Shown: positions 8,740 through 19,590 of the stretch, one piece after another
Position numbering within the stretch: the stretch's first letter is position 1
Layout of the letters: each line of letters starts with the position of its first letter
From: a bacterium
GTDB taxonomy: Bacteria > Patescibacteriota > Saccharimonadia > Saccharimonadales > UBA4665
Assembly (NCBI GenBank): GCA_021811685.1
Contig: JAJZNT010000022.1
Span: 1 to 57,189 of the forward strand
Direction: 5' to 3'
Length of the DNA: 57,189 nucleotides
Position numbers and translations under genes: made by a program
The notes under the pieces: generated by a model
The model's input: the letters and a program-made list of their open reading frames with translations, nothing else
What the model was told of the DNA's origin: nothing
The model's database searches: none

Positions 8740-9549
8740 ATGGACAATCAACCTCAACAGCCACAGCCTATACAACCGGACAACAATGGCTATAATCCGG
8801 TAGAGCCGAGTCAACCCATTCCTCAAAACCCGCCTGTTGCTCCTCCGCAACCAACTGTCTACGGCCCGCCGCAACAGCAACCGGTACCGCAGCCGCAGAG
8901 CGACGGTATTGTAGTGGGGGGCAGTCCAGAAGTCTTAACTACCCCGGACCCAAATCGGCCGGTAGTTAATAACCAAGGTAAGAAGTCGAAAACCTGGCTG
9001 ATATTGGCGATTATTATAGTTGTACTACTCGCAGGCGGCGGCGGAGCGTACTATTTTCTAAAGCATAACTCAAATTCAGGTGGTTCTTCCGGATCGGTAG
9101 CTGATTGCGGTAAGGTTGTGGTAACCAATCAAACCCTTAATAAATCGCCTTACACGGGATGCTTTGATCAGCACTTTACCAGTTGTACGCCGGCACAAAT
9201 AACCATAGATAACCAGTCAAGCTTAGGCAAGGGGATGATTAACCAATATGACATAAAAGCAAAACAGGGCACTTCCTGCTTGGTTCAATGGGAATATGTA
9301 AGTCTTCCGTATAACACCAGTTGGGATGGGAAAACCATAACCTGCCCGTATAACAATTCTAAAGACTTTATGGCTGCGCTGTCTGCTAACTCGAACTTTA
9401 CCGGCTGCAGCGGCCCGCTATTAACTACTATGAATTCACCCCAAAGCGGTTCCGGTTCTTCCTCGTCAATTCCAGGAGGTACAACTACTCAATTAAACGG
9501 CGGAGGTAGTGTTACTACTGCCCCAGGAGTTACTGTACTATCTAATTAG
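8740..9549 (+). CDS. Membrane-anchored protein: Pro/Gln-rich N-terminus, single TM, Cys-rich extracellular domain
   Basis: PQ-rich tract, WLILAIIIVVLLAGGGGAYYF TM, six Cys downstream. Confidence 0.7.
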   Translation: MDNQPQQPQPIQPDNNGYNPVEPSQPIPQNPPVAPPQPTVYGPPQQQPVPQPQSDGIVVGGSPEVLTTPDPNRPVVNNQGKKSKTWLILAIIIVVLLAGGGGAYYFLKHNSNSGGSSGSVADCGKVVVTNQTLNKSPYTGCFDQHFTSCTPAQITIDNQSSLGKGMINQYDIKAKQGTSCLVQWEYVSLPYNTSWDGKTITCPYNNSKDFMAALSANSNFTGCSGPLLTTMNSPQSGSGSSSSIPGGTTTQLNGGGSVTTAPGVTVLSN

Positions 9550-9560
9550 TACTTAACGGC

Positions 9561-10466
9561 ATGGAAGAAAAAGATCGCCCGTCCCAGCCGCAAGTTTCTC
9601 CGCAGCCGCCTGAACAAATAAACGACAGCAGTTTTACATCGCCCAAAATAAATATTCCTAAGACATTCAGCAAATACCGCGAAATTAAAGGTATGATTTT
9701 CGGATTATGCCTGTTGGTTTTCGGCATAGGCTTTGCTGTTTATGTGCATGGGCGTACTCACAGCACCAAGGATTTACTAGTAATTTTAGGCGGTTTTGGG
9801 GGAGTAGGGCTAATAGTCTTGCTTATTTCGGTGATCAGCTATTTGCAGCTTAGAAAAAGCGCGGATAATAATCCGCAGTTTAATCAATTTCAAGCCTCAA
9901 CTGCCGTTAATTATGTAACTCCCAAAGGAATCGAGGCGGCTAAGGTTTATAACGACGAAAAGATTCTTGATTGGTTCGGTCCCGTAAACAGGTCTGACTT
10001 TAAAGGTCAAAGCTATGGGATCCTAGACAAAGAGGTAGATAAACAAACTGCAAATACTCTTCTGTTTACTAACAGACAAATCATTGCTCTAATGCTCGGG
10101 CCGGAAGATGCTGCCGCTTTAGGGCCGAGCAATAACGCCGCGGAAGGAATTACCAATATGGCCTTAGACTATGCTCCAGAGGCCGCTACCCAAAAAGGCT
10201 TTCAGTTTGAGGCTCTTAACGCCGGCAGATGGATAACCATGGTACAGCCGCTGTTAAGTCAGCCGATTGGCACAACTTTGTCGAACCATCTTAATATCGG
10301 TATTCCTTATGAGAATATTGACCATATTGAAGTTAAGAAATCCTTGATTAATCCCGGTCTCAAAATTTTCTTAAAAGATAATAGCAAATTGTCCTATGCT
10401 ACTTTTAAAAAGGATAGGTTAGACGAGATCAGTAACCTTATAAGGCAGTTCGTAGCTGTTAACTAA
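9561..10466 (+). CDS. Hypothetical membrane protein (2 TM plus soluble domain)
   Basis: 301-aa ORF with two hydrophobic helices; co-oriented, 11 nt after the previous gene. Confidence 0.65.
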   Translation: MEEKDRPSQPQVSPQPPEQINDSSFTSPKINIPKTFSKYREIKGMIFGLCLLVFGIGFAVYVHGRTHSTKDLLVILGGFGGVGLIVLLISVISYLQLRKSADNNPQFNQFQASTAVNYVTPKGIEAAKVYNDEKILDWFGPVNRSDFKGQSYGILDKEVDKQTANTLLFTNRQIIALMLGPEDAAALGPSNNAAEGITNMALDYAPEAATQKGFQFEALNAGRWITMVQPLLSQPIGTTLSNHLNIGIPYENIDHIEVKKSLINPGLKIFLKDNSKLSYATFKKDRLDEISNLIRQFVAVN

Positions 10467-10561
10467 AAGGCCTTAATTAGACTAAAGTCAGTACTTTTTG
10501 ACTTACCAAGATAAACCTGGTGCAATGATAACTATAGATACTTATTTAATCGGGAGACTTT

Positions 10562-11275
10562 ATGCAAAATACAATAGAGAGACAAACTCCGACAACAGAC
10601 ACCTTAAGACAAAAACCTAAAAGAAACTTATTAAGAGCTACTCGTATGGGGGTAGCTGTAACAGCTATGGCTATAGGCGGAGTAATGGGTGCGGCTAAGG
10701 CTGAAGCGTCAGCAAATATTACCCATGTAGACAGGGTTTTTCGTGTTCATAGCAGCTATACTCCCGCTGGTATCGATGAACAGATTCATCACATAATTAA
10801 ACCCTTCGATTTCTGGAAACCGTCACAAAAAAACTGGGTTCTTCCTATAGCTTATTTCCTCCAAGCTAGCTCAGCCGGATTCAGCACCGATTGTGGCATG
10901 AGCCCTATAGCTAGGGCAGGAGACAGGTATAGCCAAAGCTATTACATTATTACGCAGAGCGGTACTAGCCAAAAACCCTGCTCGAATCTAGAGGGAAGCA
11001 ATATATCCTCGTATAAGAATGAATTTCAACCCAAACTTAACTTAATAGGTCAAAGAATTCGTGAATCAGTTGGAGTGAGTCATAGTGATGAGACTATAAA
11101 CGTTAACGGAAATCGAGAAATGGCTGTAGCGGATTATATTTGCCCGCCGGCAAACTCTGTAACCGAAGTTGCAGGGAAAAAAGTTCCCTCGGATGATTTT
11201 GTGCGTGAGGTAATACTACGAACAAACCAAGTTTTTTCGAAAGGCTCGGAGGCAACAGTAAGTATGTGTGTTTAA
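10562..11275 (+). CDS. Secreted hypothetical protein, paralog 1
   Basis: Basic n-region, hydrophobic stretch, AxA; SD GGGAG; shares WVLP..FLQ.S..G..TDCG with 11506..12246. Confidence 0.75.
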   Translation: MQNTIERQTPTTDTLRQKPKRNLLRATRMGVAVTAMAIGGVMGAAKAEASANITHVDRVFRVHSSYTPAGIDEQIHHIIKPFDFWKPSQKNWVLPIAYFLQASSAGFSTDCGMSPIARAGDRYSQSYYIITQSGTSQKPCSNLEGSNISSYKNEFQPKLNLIGQRIRESVGVSHSDETINVNGNREMAVADYICPPANSVTEVAGKKVPSDDFVREVILRTNQVFSKGSEATVSMCV

Positions 11276-11505
11276 CCCAATTATAAGCCGAGTTATAGAT
11301 GACGACTCAGATATAGCCCGTAGGTTATGAAAAACTATCTGTAGCCAGTAAAAGCTTTTCAAGCCCTTTGAGAGACTTTGATTTATCTAGTACGTATTAG
11401 GCCCATAAATGACTAATCACAAAAGTGCTAAGAAAGCTAGACAACTTGACATAAACCTGAAGCAATGATATCGTATTAAGTACTTAAACTTAATTGGGAG
11501 TTCTT

Positions 11506-12246
11506 ATGATAGATTCAATAGAAAAAATGACTCCAAGAGCTGAAGATTTAGGAAAGAAAAATAATCATAGAAGTCTTAAAGATAGAGTAAATATAATTAG
11601 TAGGATTGGTGCTACTAGTGCTGCTATGGTAGCTGGCGGAATGATTGGTGGTGCTAGAGCGGCTGCATCAAATAGTGAAGTGCATAATGGACGAATTCTT
11701 CATAGTCGCACAAGAATAACGCCGCGTGTTATCTTAGATGATATTTATCATGTTGCAGTACCTTACGGACACTATAAACAATCTAATAGGTTTTGGGTAT
11801 TGCCTACAACCGCCTTTCTTCAATCAAGCGTAGTTGGCTATCATACAGATTGTGGCGAAGGGCAATATGCCAAATTAGGTAATAGCGAAAGCCAGTGGTA
11901 CTACACTATTACTCCAAGTGGAACCAAGCAGAAGGTATGTACTCCAGGCATAAACGGTGGAGAGTTATTGAAGTCGCATAAAAATGAATACCAAGAACAA
12001 CTTAATATATTAGGACAAGAAGTTAGAGAATCTTCTGGGGTCCATAATAGCTATAAGACAATCAGCATATCAGGAAATCGTACAGAGACATTTTTAGAAT
12101 ACGAATGCCCAACTGGCTCTGTGGCTAAGGTCAGAGGCGCGGAGATACCGTCAACCGACTTCCCCCATAAAATTACACTTAGAGCTTCAGGTAAAGAAGT
12201 TATGGCGAAATTTGCGGTCTCCACAGTAGCTATGTGTAAGTCGTAG
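11506..12246 (+). CDS. Secreted hypothetical protein, paralog 2
   Basis: Colinear with 10562..11275, Cys positions conserved; SD GGGAG before ATG 11506. Confidence 0.75.
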   Translation: MIDSIEKMTPRAEDLGKKNNHRSLKDRVNIISRIGATSAAMVAGGMIGGARAAASNSEVHNGRILHSRTRITPRVILDDIYHVAVPYGHYKQSNRFWVLPTTAFLQSSVVGYHTDCGEGQYAKLGNSESQWYYTITPSGTKQKVCTPGINGGELLKSHKNEYQEQLNILGQEVRESSGVHNSYKTISISGNRTETFLEYECPTGSVAKVRGAEIPSTDFPHKITLRASGKEVMAKFAVSTVAMCKS

Positions 12247-12342
12247 TCGCCAGGCCCAAAATAAAAGTAACTATAATAGTTATGCACTTATAATTTCCGT
12301 AGTAGTATTGCCAATACTGAGCTAATGCTTATAATTTAGTAT

Positions 12343-12915
12343 GTGACAGACAAAAAAGTCGGTGATGGCGGGAATAATTTGACCGCCGAAGGCATAAAGT
12401 ACTCTAAATTTAATCTGTCAATTGGAAAAAAACTTCTTAACAGCAAAAGGGGTTTATTGCTCGCAGTAGCATACTTGTTTGTTGCGGTTGTTATTGCATT
12501 TATAGTTTTTAAACTTACTGAAACTAAAAAACCAGTTCCCACTTACGCTGACTTATTAACGAATGTTAATAAAGACACAAATATTGGACAGTTTTCGTCT
12601 GCATTGAAAACACTTAACGCCGCTCCCAGTACTGAGAAAAACGACCTCCTAAAAGTGTCGGTATACTTAAGCGAAGGCAATTATAAAAATGCATTGAATG
12701 AATACCAGCAAATTATGCGTAACTATGGATCCAGTGAAGGCCTTCTATATGGGGCGGCAAGGGCGGCAGAGAATGCTAAGAATTATCAAGTAGCTATAAA
12801 CTACTATAAACAGGCCCTTAATATAATGAGCCAGGCAAAAAACGATCCCTTGAAAAGCTCAGAGATAGCTTTCTATAATAGTAAAATCCAACAACTGGAA
12901 AAGCTAATAAAATGA
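12343..12915 (+). CDS. Membrane-anchored TPR protein
   Basis: One TM followed by TPR-like helices (GNYKNALNEY, KNYQVAINYYKQAL). Confidence 0.7.
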   Translation: MTDKKVGDGGNNLTAEGIKYSKFNLSIGKKLLNSKRGLLLAVAYLFVAVVIAFIVFKLTETKKPVPTYADLLTNVNKDTNIGQFSSALKTLNAAPSTEKNDLLKVSVYLSEGNYKNALNEYQQIMRNYGSSEGLLYGAARAAENAKNYQVAINYYKQALNIMSQAKNDPLKSSEIAFYNSKIQQLEKLIK

Positions 12916-15900
12916 TTAAGTTGCAAGTAAAAAAGCATAAGATTATTTTTTCTTTAATTATCATATTGGGGGTATTCTCTCTATTTAATGTTTTTGGAAT
13001 GCACAAGGCTTCTGCTACCAGTTTACCCGACTTTGTAGGATATTTTTATGGCAATACAGCAACCTCAGGCAATAATGTTTTACCCGCACCAATTCCGTCT
13101 TCTGCGCAAACAAGCATACAAGCGTTTATCTCGTGGGTAGAAAGCGAATACAATAGTCCCCCTACTCCTCAGGATAAAACAGCCGCAGCATTCTACATCT
13201 TAACTATGATGGGTTATAACCCCGGCACTTCTAAAGGTATGGTTTTACAAGCTCCTTCTTCGTTCCCTAATGGGACAACCAACACCAATGGCGAGACTGT
13301 TATGACTGCGTGGGCTAACCTTGTGACTGCTTATGCTGCAGATGGGGCTGTAAATCTAACTTGGACTACCCCCACGGTAAGCTCTTCTACTTTTACGTGC
13401 CAGAATACTTTTTATCAGACTAGTTATAATGACATAGCCTACTTTAACGACTTAACTAACTGCAATAAAGAGGTGTTAGGTCAGCCAGCAATAGCTTTTT
13501 TCAACCCTACCAATAAAAGCCAACCAATATACGTAATAAGAGTACTTTGCGGTAACCCAAACGGTATCATTGACCCCTTACCAAATCCACCTCCTACAAC
13601 CATACCTATATCCGGGTATGTAAAGGGCCCCACTACAAGTTCTCCTACTACTCCGGTAGCGTGGCCTGGCGCACAAATCTACGCCGTCGATTGTGCGACT
13701 GGTGCCCCGCTCTTACCGGCAGCAACGACAGATGCCAATGGCGAGTATCATTTTAGTCTTACCGAAGGCACTAATTATTGTATAGGTGTTCAATCTTTAC
13801 TACCAGCGGACTGGTTTTATCCGGGGCCAAATTTGAATAGTAGTATACCAAATAATGGGTCGGAGTATACATTAAAACCATTTAATGGCACGCCGACATC
13901 GGGATATAATTTTACATATACTTCTTCAACGAATCCCATACCTCAGCCCGGACAAGTAAAAATTCAAGGACTGGTTAGTGAAACTAACGGGTCAGGACCG
14001 ATGTATGGAGTAACTGTTGTGCTAACTAATTGCGGCACAAATATTATACAAAAAACGACAACTACCACTAGCACAACTTATAACTACTCCTTTAATCTAA
14101 CGACCGGAAACAATTATTGCATCGGGATTCAGACACCGCTACCATCCCAATACAGCAACGATTCTGGCCCCCAATTAAACACTACTGGCCTCCCGGTATG
14201 CGGAGTACAGTATTGCCTAAAGCCATTTACTGGCACAACGCCTACTACTGGTTACCATTTTTATTACCTAGCCCCGTCTTCTACGACTAATACGCCAAGT
14301 ATAACTATTACTGGGACACAGTGCCCTTCTTCCGGAGTAGGTACTATTAATTACAAGGTCTATGTTCCTCAAAATTATGTAACTATAAAAATTGCTCCAA
14401 ACGGTACCCCAAATCCACAATATAAACCTTCGCAGTACGCTACAGGCCCAGGGGGGTATTATACGGGAACCTATTCTGTTTCCAATCCAACTTCTACTAC
14501 TTTTGCGCTTACAGTCCAGTACCAGAATATTCAAGCCTCAGTTTCGACCACTTTCGCTTGCCCGCCATTGTCCCCGCCTGGAGGTAGCATAAATGGAGCC
14601 TGCGGCAGCAGTATTACCGGCACATTTAACACTAGCTCACCGCAAGTTCCCTCGCCATCAGACACAATTACCTTTACTGCTACATATAACAGTTCTGGGG
14701 CAAGCGGTCAGACTTCTGAAGGAGCGACAGTAACACCGACAGGGGGAAGAACGGACGTGCTAACGGGTACGGATCAATTCTCTCAGACGACACCGTATAA
14801 TGGAGGGTCATATGTGCAGACAAGTACATACACATATGTAATTACAAAATACAACGGAAGTACTACGTCGACCGTAAACGGCCAAACGGTTACTACCTAT
14901 AGTTATACAAGCTATGATTACCAGGAAGAGTTTACGCAGTGGAGCTTTACAGCACCAAATCCTTCCTCTCCGATAGTGCAGTTTAGTATCAGTTCGGTTT
15001 CTATGCGTGATTCATATGGGAATACGGGTTCATTTAGTGCCTGTGACCCTAACGCTCCAGCACTTTATGGGCTTCAGCCATCATGTCAGGCTACTAATGT
15101 TTCTTACACCGAGTATGATACCGATTACTCTCCTGGGGACCCTTATGTAACATACTCGGTCGATGGCGGTGCAAGTAATCCGGCGGGGCAGCAGTCGGCA
15201 GACATGAGTAAGTATGATCAATTAGTGGCCCACAATGTTGAGGTTGCCGTTCAAGACGTTAACTATGCCGGGGCTCCTGCCCCAAGCGGGTACGGCTGGC
15301 CTAATCAAACCGCAAGTACTGTTTATGGTCCTTGCTGGGCTCCGAATTGTAGTGCTTCCAATGTGCAAGTATCTGGGGTAATTGAGTTTGGACAACCCGC
15401 AGCTGTTACCGTGAATGTTGGCTTTGTCCCAATAGGTAACGACAACATGGGGGATGCATCGCGTTCAGGACTTGGGTCTCCGACTATTTGGAATAGTCCG
15501 GAGACGTCACCAACATTGAGCGTAGGACTTGATCCTCCAAATGACCCACCTGTTATATTTACTAATCAGCAGGCTGCTGGAGGTAATCCAGCTAACTTTA
15601 CAAACCTACCTTCAGAAAGCTATACCGTTACTTGGACTTTCAATTCACCGGCTATGGCAGACCAGGGTTTGACTCCTACCCCAATTGGCACTACCATTTC
15701 AGCTTCATGCTCTGCCCCTACTTTTGTAGTAGCCTATAAACCTTACCTTAGGGTTTACGGTGGGGATATTAGTGGTGGTAACGGCATCGACTTAACCAAT
15801 ACAGGGACGTGTACTCCGAATACTCCATCTAGTAGCGTAATCGCATATAATGATCCTAACTTGGGTTATTCCGGAGCGGGTTCTCAATATGCCGCATATG

Positions 15901-17414
15901 CAATAACGCATATTACTGATTTTGCTACGGGGGATGGTTCGTCTGGAGGACCGTCCTTAGGTTCTCCGACTGACCTGTCTTTTGCAAACACGGGAGCATC
16001 CCCGACTAATGATAACTTTGGTGGAGGATATCAAGGCAATTTGCCGTGTATACCAAATTACTACACTGCTCCAGTTGCGTCAGGAACAACTCTGTTTACC
16101 TGCCCATCAGCAATTACGATTTCGAACGGTAACTTGCCAGGTACCTGCACAACAAGCACTGGGATTAGCGGGGCTAAACTTAGATCAATACCTTCAGGGC
16201 AGCGGGTTGTGGTTAAAGTTGACGGAAGTGTCACTATTAATTCACCATCAGGGCCTGGGTATAATACGTCAAGCCCTTGGGGCACACTTCAAAACGGAAC
16301 CGGTACACCTAACACAGCACCGCTTACGACTAGCGTAGCGGCTCAGCAATTTACTTGTTCGGGTACGAACGGCAATAATCAGGTATATAGTATAGCTTCG
16401 GGCGCAACTTCAGTTACGGTTACCGCAATAGGCGGGCAAGGCGGTGGTAGCGGACCTTTTGGTAGCCAAGTATCTAATACCATAAATGTAACTCCAGGCA
16501 TGAAGAATCTAACTGTAGATGTTGGATGCCCGGGTAGCTCACCAGGTGGTGGTAGCGGCTATGTTAGTGGCGCTAGTGGTACGACGACGGCAGGGTACTG
16601 GGAGCCATATTCATCAGGCCAAATGGGTTGTTTCGAGTGGACCTATGTTCCGCCTTCTCCAACTAATCCTGATGGCGGATATACTTGGCCTTGCCTTGAC
16701 TGGCAGTTAGATCAGGGGGTGATATGGGTACCCGGTACGACCGGATACGGAGGAGGAGGATCTTCGGCCGTTCTTAACAACAATAGTCTTATGCTGGAAG
16801 CCAAAGGCGGTGCTGGTAGTGGCACCACAGGAGGTGCTGGCGGCGGAGCCAACTATACAGGAACAAGTGCTTCTGGGTATTCTTCTTCGGTAGAGCAAAC
16901 GGCAACCCAGTCAGGGCTTGTGAGTATTAGTTCAAATGTGCCATTTAATGCCGGCTCAGCTATAGGCTCGCAGCCTCCAGCTACCACGCAATCCGTTAGC
17001 GTAAATGTTCCGTCACTATACATAATAGCCAAAGGAAACATTTATATTGGCCACAATGTATCTACTATGACTGGTGTATACGTAGCTGAGGGCAGTAGTG
17101 ATCTAGGAAACGGTATTATATACACATGCTACGATCCAAGCCATATAAACTCTCCTAATTCCCAGAACTATTACAACTATTGCAACAAGCAGTTAGTCGT
17201 AAACGGGTCATTTATTGCGGGGAGAGTAGCTATGGGCAGAACTTACGGCACGGCAGACCAGGGGACTGCGGGCGATACAGCCGCTAACCCGCAAAATGGC
17301 TGGAATAATGCTGCTGAAGTGTTTAATTACACCGCTGCCCAATGGCTTAATAATCCTTTTGCCAAAACAACAAATACCTATGACGCGATTTCTAACTTGC
17401 CGCCGGTTTTATGA
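12912..17414 (+). CDS. 1500-aa secreted Thr/Ser/Pro/Gly/Cys-rich surface protein, putative pilus-associated adhesin
   Basis: Signal peptide, two internal beta-sandwich-like repeats, Gly-rich segment, C-terminal KPYLRVYGGD...IIAKGNIYI...LPPVL domain; upstream of the pil cluster. Confidence 0.75.
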   Translation: MIKLQVKKHKIIFSLIIILGVFSLFNVFGMHKASATSLPDFVGYFYGNTATSGNNVLPAPIPSSAQTSIQAFISWVESEYNSPPTPQDKTAAAFYILTMMGYNPGTSKGMVLQAPSSFPNGTTNTNGETVMTAWANLVTAYAADGAVNLTWTTPTVSSSTFTCQNTFYQTSYNDIAYFNDLTNCNKEVLGQPAIAFFNPTNKSQPIYVIRVLCGNPNGIIDPLPNPPPTTIPISGYVKGPTTSSPTTPVAWPGAQIYAVDCATGAPLLPAATTDANGEYHFSLTEGTNYCIGVQSLLPADWFYPGPNLNSSIPNNGSEYTLKPFNGTPTSGYNFTYTSSTNPIPQPGQVKIQGLVSETNGSGPMYGVTVVLTNCGTNIIQKTTTTTSTTYNYSFNLTTGNNYCIGIQTPLPSQYSNDSGPQLNTTGLPVCGVQYCLKPFTGTTPTTGYHFYYLAPSSTTNTPSITITGTQCPSSGVGTINYKVYVPQNYVTIKIAPNGTPNPQYKPSQYATGPGGYYTGTYSVSNPTSTTFALTVQYQNIQASVSTTFACPPLSPPGGSINGACGSSITGTFNTSSPQVPSPSDTITFTATYNSSGASGQTSEGATVTPTGGRTDVLTGTDQFSQTTPYNGGSYVQTSTYTYVITKYNGSTTSTVNGQTVTTYSYTSYDYQEEFTQWSFTAPNPSSPIVQFSISSVSMRDSYGNTGSFSACDPNAPALYGLQPSCQATNVSYTEYDTDYSPGDPYVTYSVDGGASNPAGQQSADMSKYDQLVAHNVEVAVQDVNYAGAPAPSGYGWPNQTASTVYGPCWAPNCSASNVQVSGVIEFGQPAAVTVNVGFVPIGNDNMGDASRSGLGSPTIWNSPETSPTLSVGLDPPNDPPVIFTNQQAAGGNPANFTNLPSESYTVTWTFNSPAMADQGLTPTPIGTTISASCSAPTFVVAYKPYLRVYGGDISGGNGIDLTNTGTCTPNTPSSSVIAYNDPNLGYSGAGSQYAAYAITHITDFATGDGSSGGPSLGSPTDLSFANTGASPTNDNFGGGYQGNLPCIPNYYTAPVASGTTLFTCPSAITISNGNLPGTCTTSTGISGAKLRSIPSGQRVVVKVDGSVTINSPSGPGYNTSSPWGTLQNGTGTPNTAPLTTSVAAQQFTCSGTNGNNQVYSIASGATSVTVTAIGGQGGGSGPFGSQVSNTINVTPGMKNLTVDVGCPGSSPGGGSGYVSGASGTTTAGYWEPYSSGQMGCFEWTYVPPSPTNPDGGYTWPCLDWQLDQGVIWVPGTTGYGGGGSSAVLNNNSLMLEAKGGAGSGTTGGAGGGANYTGTSASGYSSSVEQTATQSGLVSISSNVPFNAGSAIGSQPPATTQSVSVNVPSLYIIAKGNIYIGHNVSTMTGVYVAEGSSDLGNGIIYTCYDPSHINSPNSQNYYNYCNKQLVVNGSFIAGRVAMGRTYGTADQGTAGDTAANPQNGWNNAAEVFNYTAAQWLNNPFAKTTNTYDAISNLPPVL

Positions 17415-17495
17415 GCGGAATGAAGCAAAAAGTTACTTGTCATGATGCTTACGGTTCACTATACTTTAGACAAATGGAACCTTTAGGGTAGGATT

Positions 17496-17978
17496 ATGGC
17501 AGAGGTTACTGCGACAACTATTACAGATCCGAAACGAATATGGACGTGGTTAGTTACTGCTGTCATTTTGTCTGCAGGCGTTTCGGCGGTCATAACTTAC
17601 TCCCTGGCGCATAATCATAATAGTAATGTCAGTAAAACCCCAACACTATCTGTGACAAATCAGGTAGATCAAGACTTATCAGATAACAATGCTCAAGCAG
17701 CCATGAGCCTATTTAATAATCAGCCCGCGTCTTTCCGTAACTCGCAACCTGGACAGGAGCTACTGTCATCAATTTATATGAACCAAAAGAATTATTCTCA
17801 GGCTTTAGCTGTAGTAAGGCAAATTGGAGTTAAGTACGGATGGAATTATTTCCTTACTCTTCAGGCTGTTCAAATTTCGATGTCTATGAAGAATTACCAA
17901 TCCGCTATTCAGTATGATCAACAAACTATAAGCTTAATAAACACCGAAATTAGCAGGTTAAATAGTACCGCTAAATAA
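17496..17978 (+). CDS. Membrane-anchored TPR-like protein
   Basis: One TM plus KNYSQAL / KNYQSAIQY helices resembling 12343..12915; may be C-terminally truncated. Confidence 0.6.
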   Translation: MAEVTATTITDPKRIWTWLVTAVILSAGVSAVITYSLAHNHNSNVSKTPTLSVTNQVDQDLSDNNAQAAMSLFNNQPASFRNSQPGQELLSSIYMNQKNYSQALAVVRQIGVKYGWNYFLTLQAVQISMSMKNYQSAIQYDQQTISLINTEISRLNSTAK

Positions 17979-18200
17979 GCTGGGCATAAATAGTAAGTTT
18001 AGGGAGTACTTTGACTGATATGTCTTGATAATTTACGATGTGCTTATGCTATAATTGTGTCAACATGAAGTTACCGAGTGGGATAACCGAATTATTAGGA
18101 ATTAACATAAACATGCATATCAGTAACGCCCTATATCTCAAATGTTCTGTATGTCAGTACGGTGCTCGAGCAAAAGGGTTAGATTTAGGAGCGATTTAGA

Positions 18201-18917
18201 GTGGTACAGTTTAATCTTTTACCTGCTGTTAAACTAGAATATCTTCAAGCTAAGCGCCTGCTTAGGCTAGTTATGTCAATTGCGGCTTTGGCTGCAGGGA
18301 CAGTTTTTATTCTAGCTGTTGTTTTAAGTGTTTATGTGTATTTGCTGCAGAGACATAATATTAGTAATCTAAACGGCCAGATAAATTCGGCTAAACTGCA
18401 ACTAAGCCGTAATACCAACCTAAATAAGATTCTTACCGTTCAAAACCAATTGGAATCGCTTCCTTCTTTGGAATCTCAAAGCCCTGTTACGTCGAGACTG
18501 TTTGATTATCTATCTGAGCTAACACCAGTTAACGCAGATATTACTAATTTCAGTATTGATTATACTCAAGACACAATGGAAATTACTGGTAGCGCAGACT
18601 CATTGGTAACAGTAAATCAATATGTCGATACTTTAAAATTTACTACTTATGCCTTAAACGGCCAAGATACTCATAGCGACGCCTTCTCGTCGGTAGTATT
18701 AAGCTCCTTTGGTATTAGCCAGAATGTTACGAACGGGAAGCCGGCTAGTTACATAATTAATTGCTCTTTTAACCCAATAATATTTAACGTTGCCGACAAT
18801 GCAAGCTTACATGTACCACCTAACTTTATAACCACGCGCTCTATCACACAGCAACCTAAATTATTTGTTGCCGTCCCTAAATCCACCAGTACGACTCAAG
18901 GGGGAGCAAATGGCTAA
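18201..18917 (+). CDS. pilN: Type IV pilus assembly protein, PilN-like
   Basis: N-terminal FNLLP motif, TM, coiled coil, ferredoxin-like ITG.A motif; context. Confidence 0.8.
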   Translation: MVQFNLLPAVKLEYLQAKRLLRLVMSIAALAAGTVFILAVVLSVYVYLLQRHNISNLNGQINSAKLQLSRNTNLNKILTVQNQLESLPSLESQSPVTSRLFDYLSELTPVNADITNFSIDYTQDTMEITGSADSLVTVNQYVDTLKFTTYALNGQDTHSDAFSSVVLSSFGISQNVTNGKPASYIINCSFNPIIFNVADNASLHVPPNFITTRSITQQPKLFVAVPKSTSTTQGGANG

Positions 18918-19590
18918 TAGTAAGCAAATATCTAATAAGCACCAGCTGATTGCTAAAATAAATAAGCAAATTGTAGTCGTTGCGTCTGTAGGCATATTTG
19001 TATTTCTGTTTTGTGCTTTTGCGGCTAAAGACCTCATAAGCACTATGGATTACCAAAATCAAGTTATAACTGCAAAGCAGGATGCTGAAACCAAACTCGG
19101 TCAAGATGTTGTTGCAGACAAGAGCTTGGTAAAATCGTATGAGGCTTTTGTAAGCACACCTACAAATATTATCGGAGGTGTTACATCATCTCAGATACCG
19201 ACTGGAAATAACGGAGACAGTAGTAAGATTATTCTGGACGCCCTTCCCAGCCGCTATGATTTTCCGGCACTCATAACAAGCCTTCAGTATTTACTTACCA
19301 GCAATGGAGTAAAGCTTACGGGAATTGGTGGTACGGACCAGCAGCTTACTGTTAACCAAGCTGCCAGCTCTAATCCCAAACCCGTAGATATGCCGTTTAC
19401 TTTTTCGGTATCCGGGAGCTACCAAAGTATTCAAAATCTGGTTGGAGCTATACAGAGATCGATTAGGCCTATAGATATTCAGACAGAAGATTTTACGGGG
19501 GATCAAAATAATCTAACTTTTAGTGTTACTGCGCAGACGTACTTTCAGCCCGAAAAAGCCTTTAAGCTAGTGCCGGAGACCATTAAATGA
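18910..19590 (+). CDS. pilO: Type IV pilus assembly protein, PilO-like
   Basis: TM, ALPS..DFPALI, F.VSGSY..I......I.RSIRPI; follows pilN. Confidence 0.78.
   Translation: MANSKQISNKHQLIAKINKQIVVVASVGIFVFLFCAFAAKDLISTMDYQNQVITAKQDAETKLGQDVVADKSLVKSYEAFVSTPTNIIGGVTSSQIPTGNNGDSSKIILDALPSRYDFPALITSLQYLLTSNGVKLTGIGGTDQQLTVNQAASSNPKPVDMPFTFSVSGSYQSIQNLVGAIQRSIRPIDIQTEDFTGDQNNLTFSVTAQTYFQPEKAFKLVPETIK

Noticed and set aside
12912..17414. Diversity-generating retroelement target
   Set aside because: No reverse transcriptase and no adenine-variable TR/VR pair were seen in the window.
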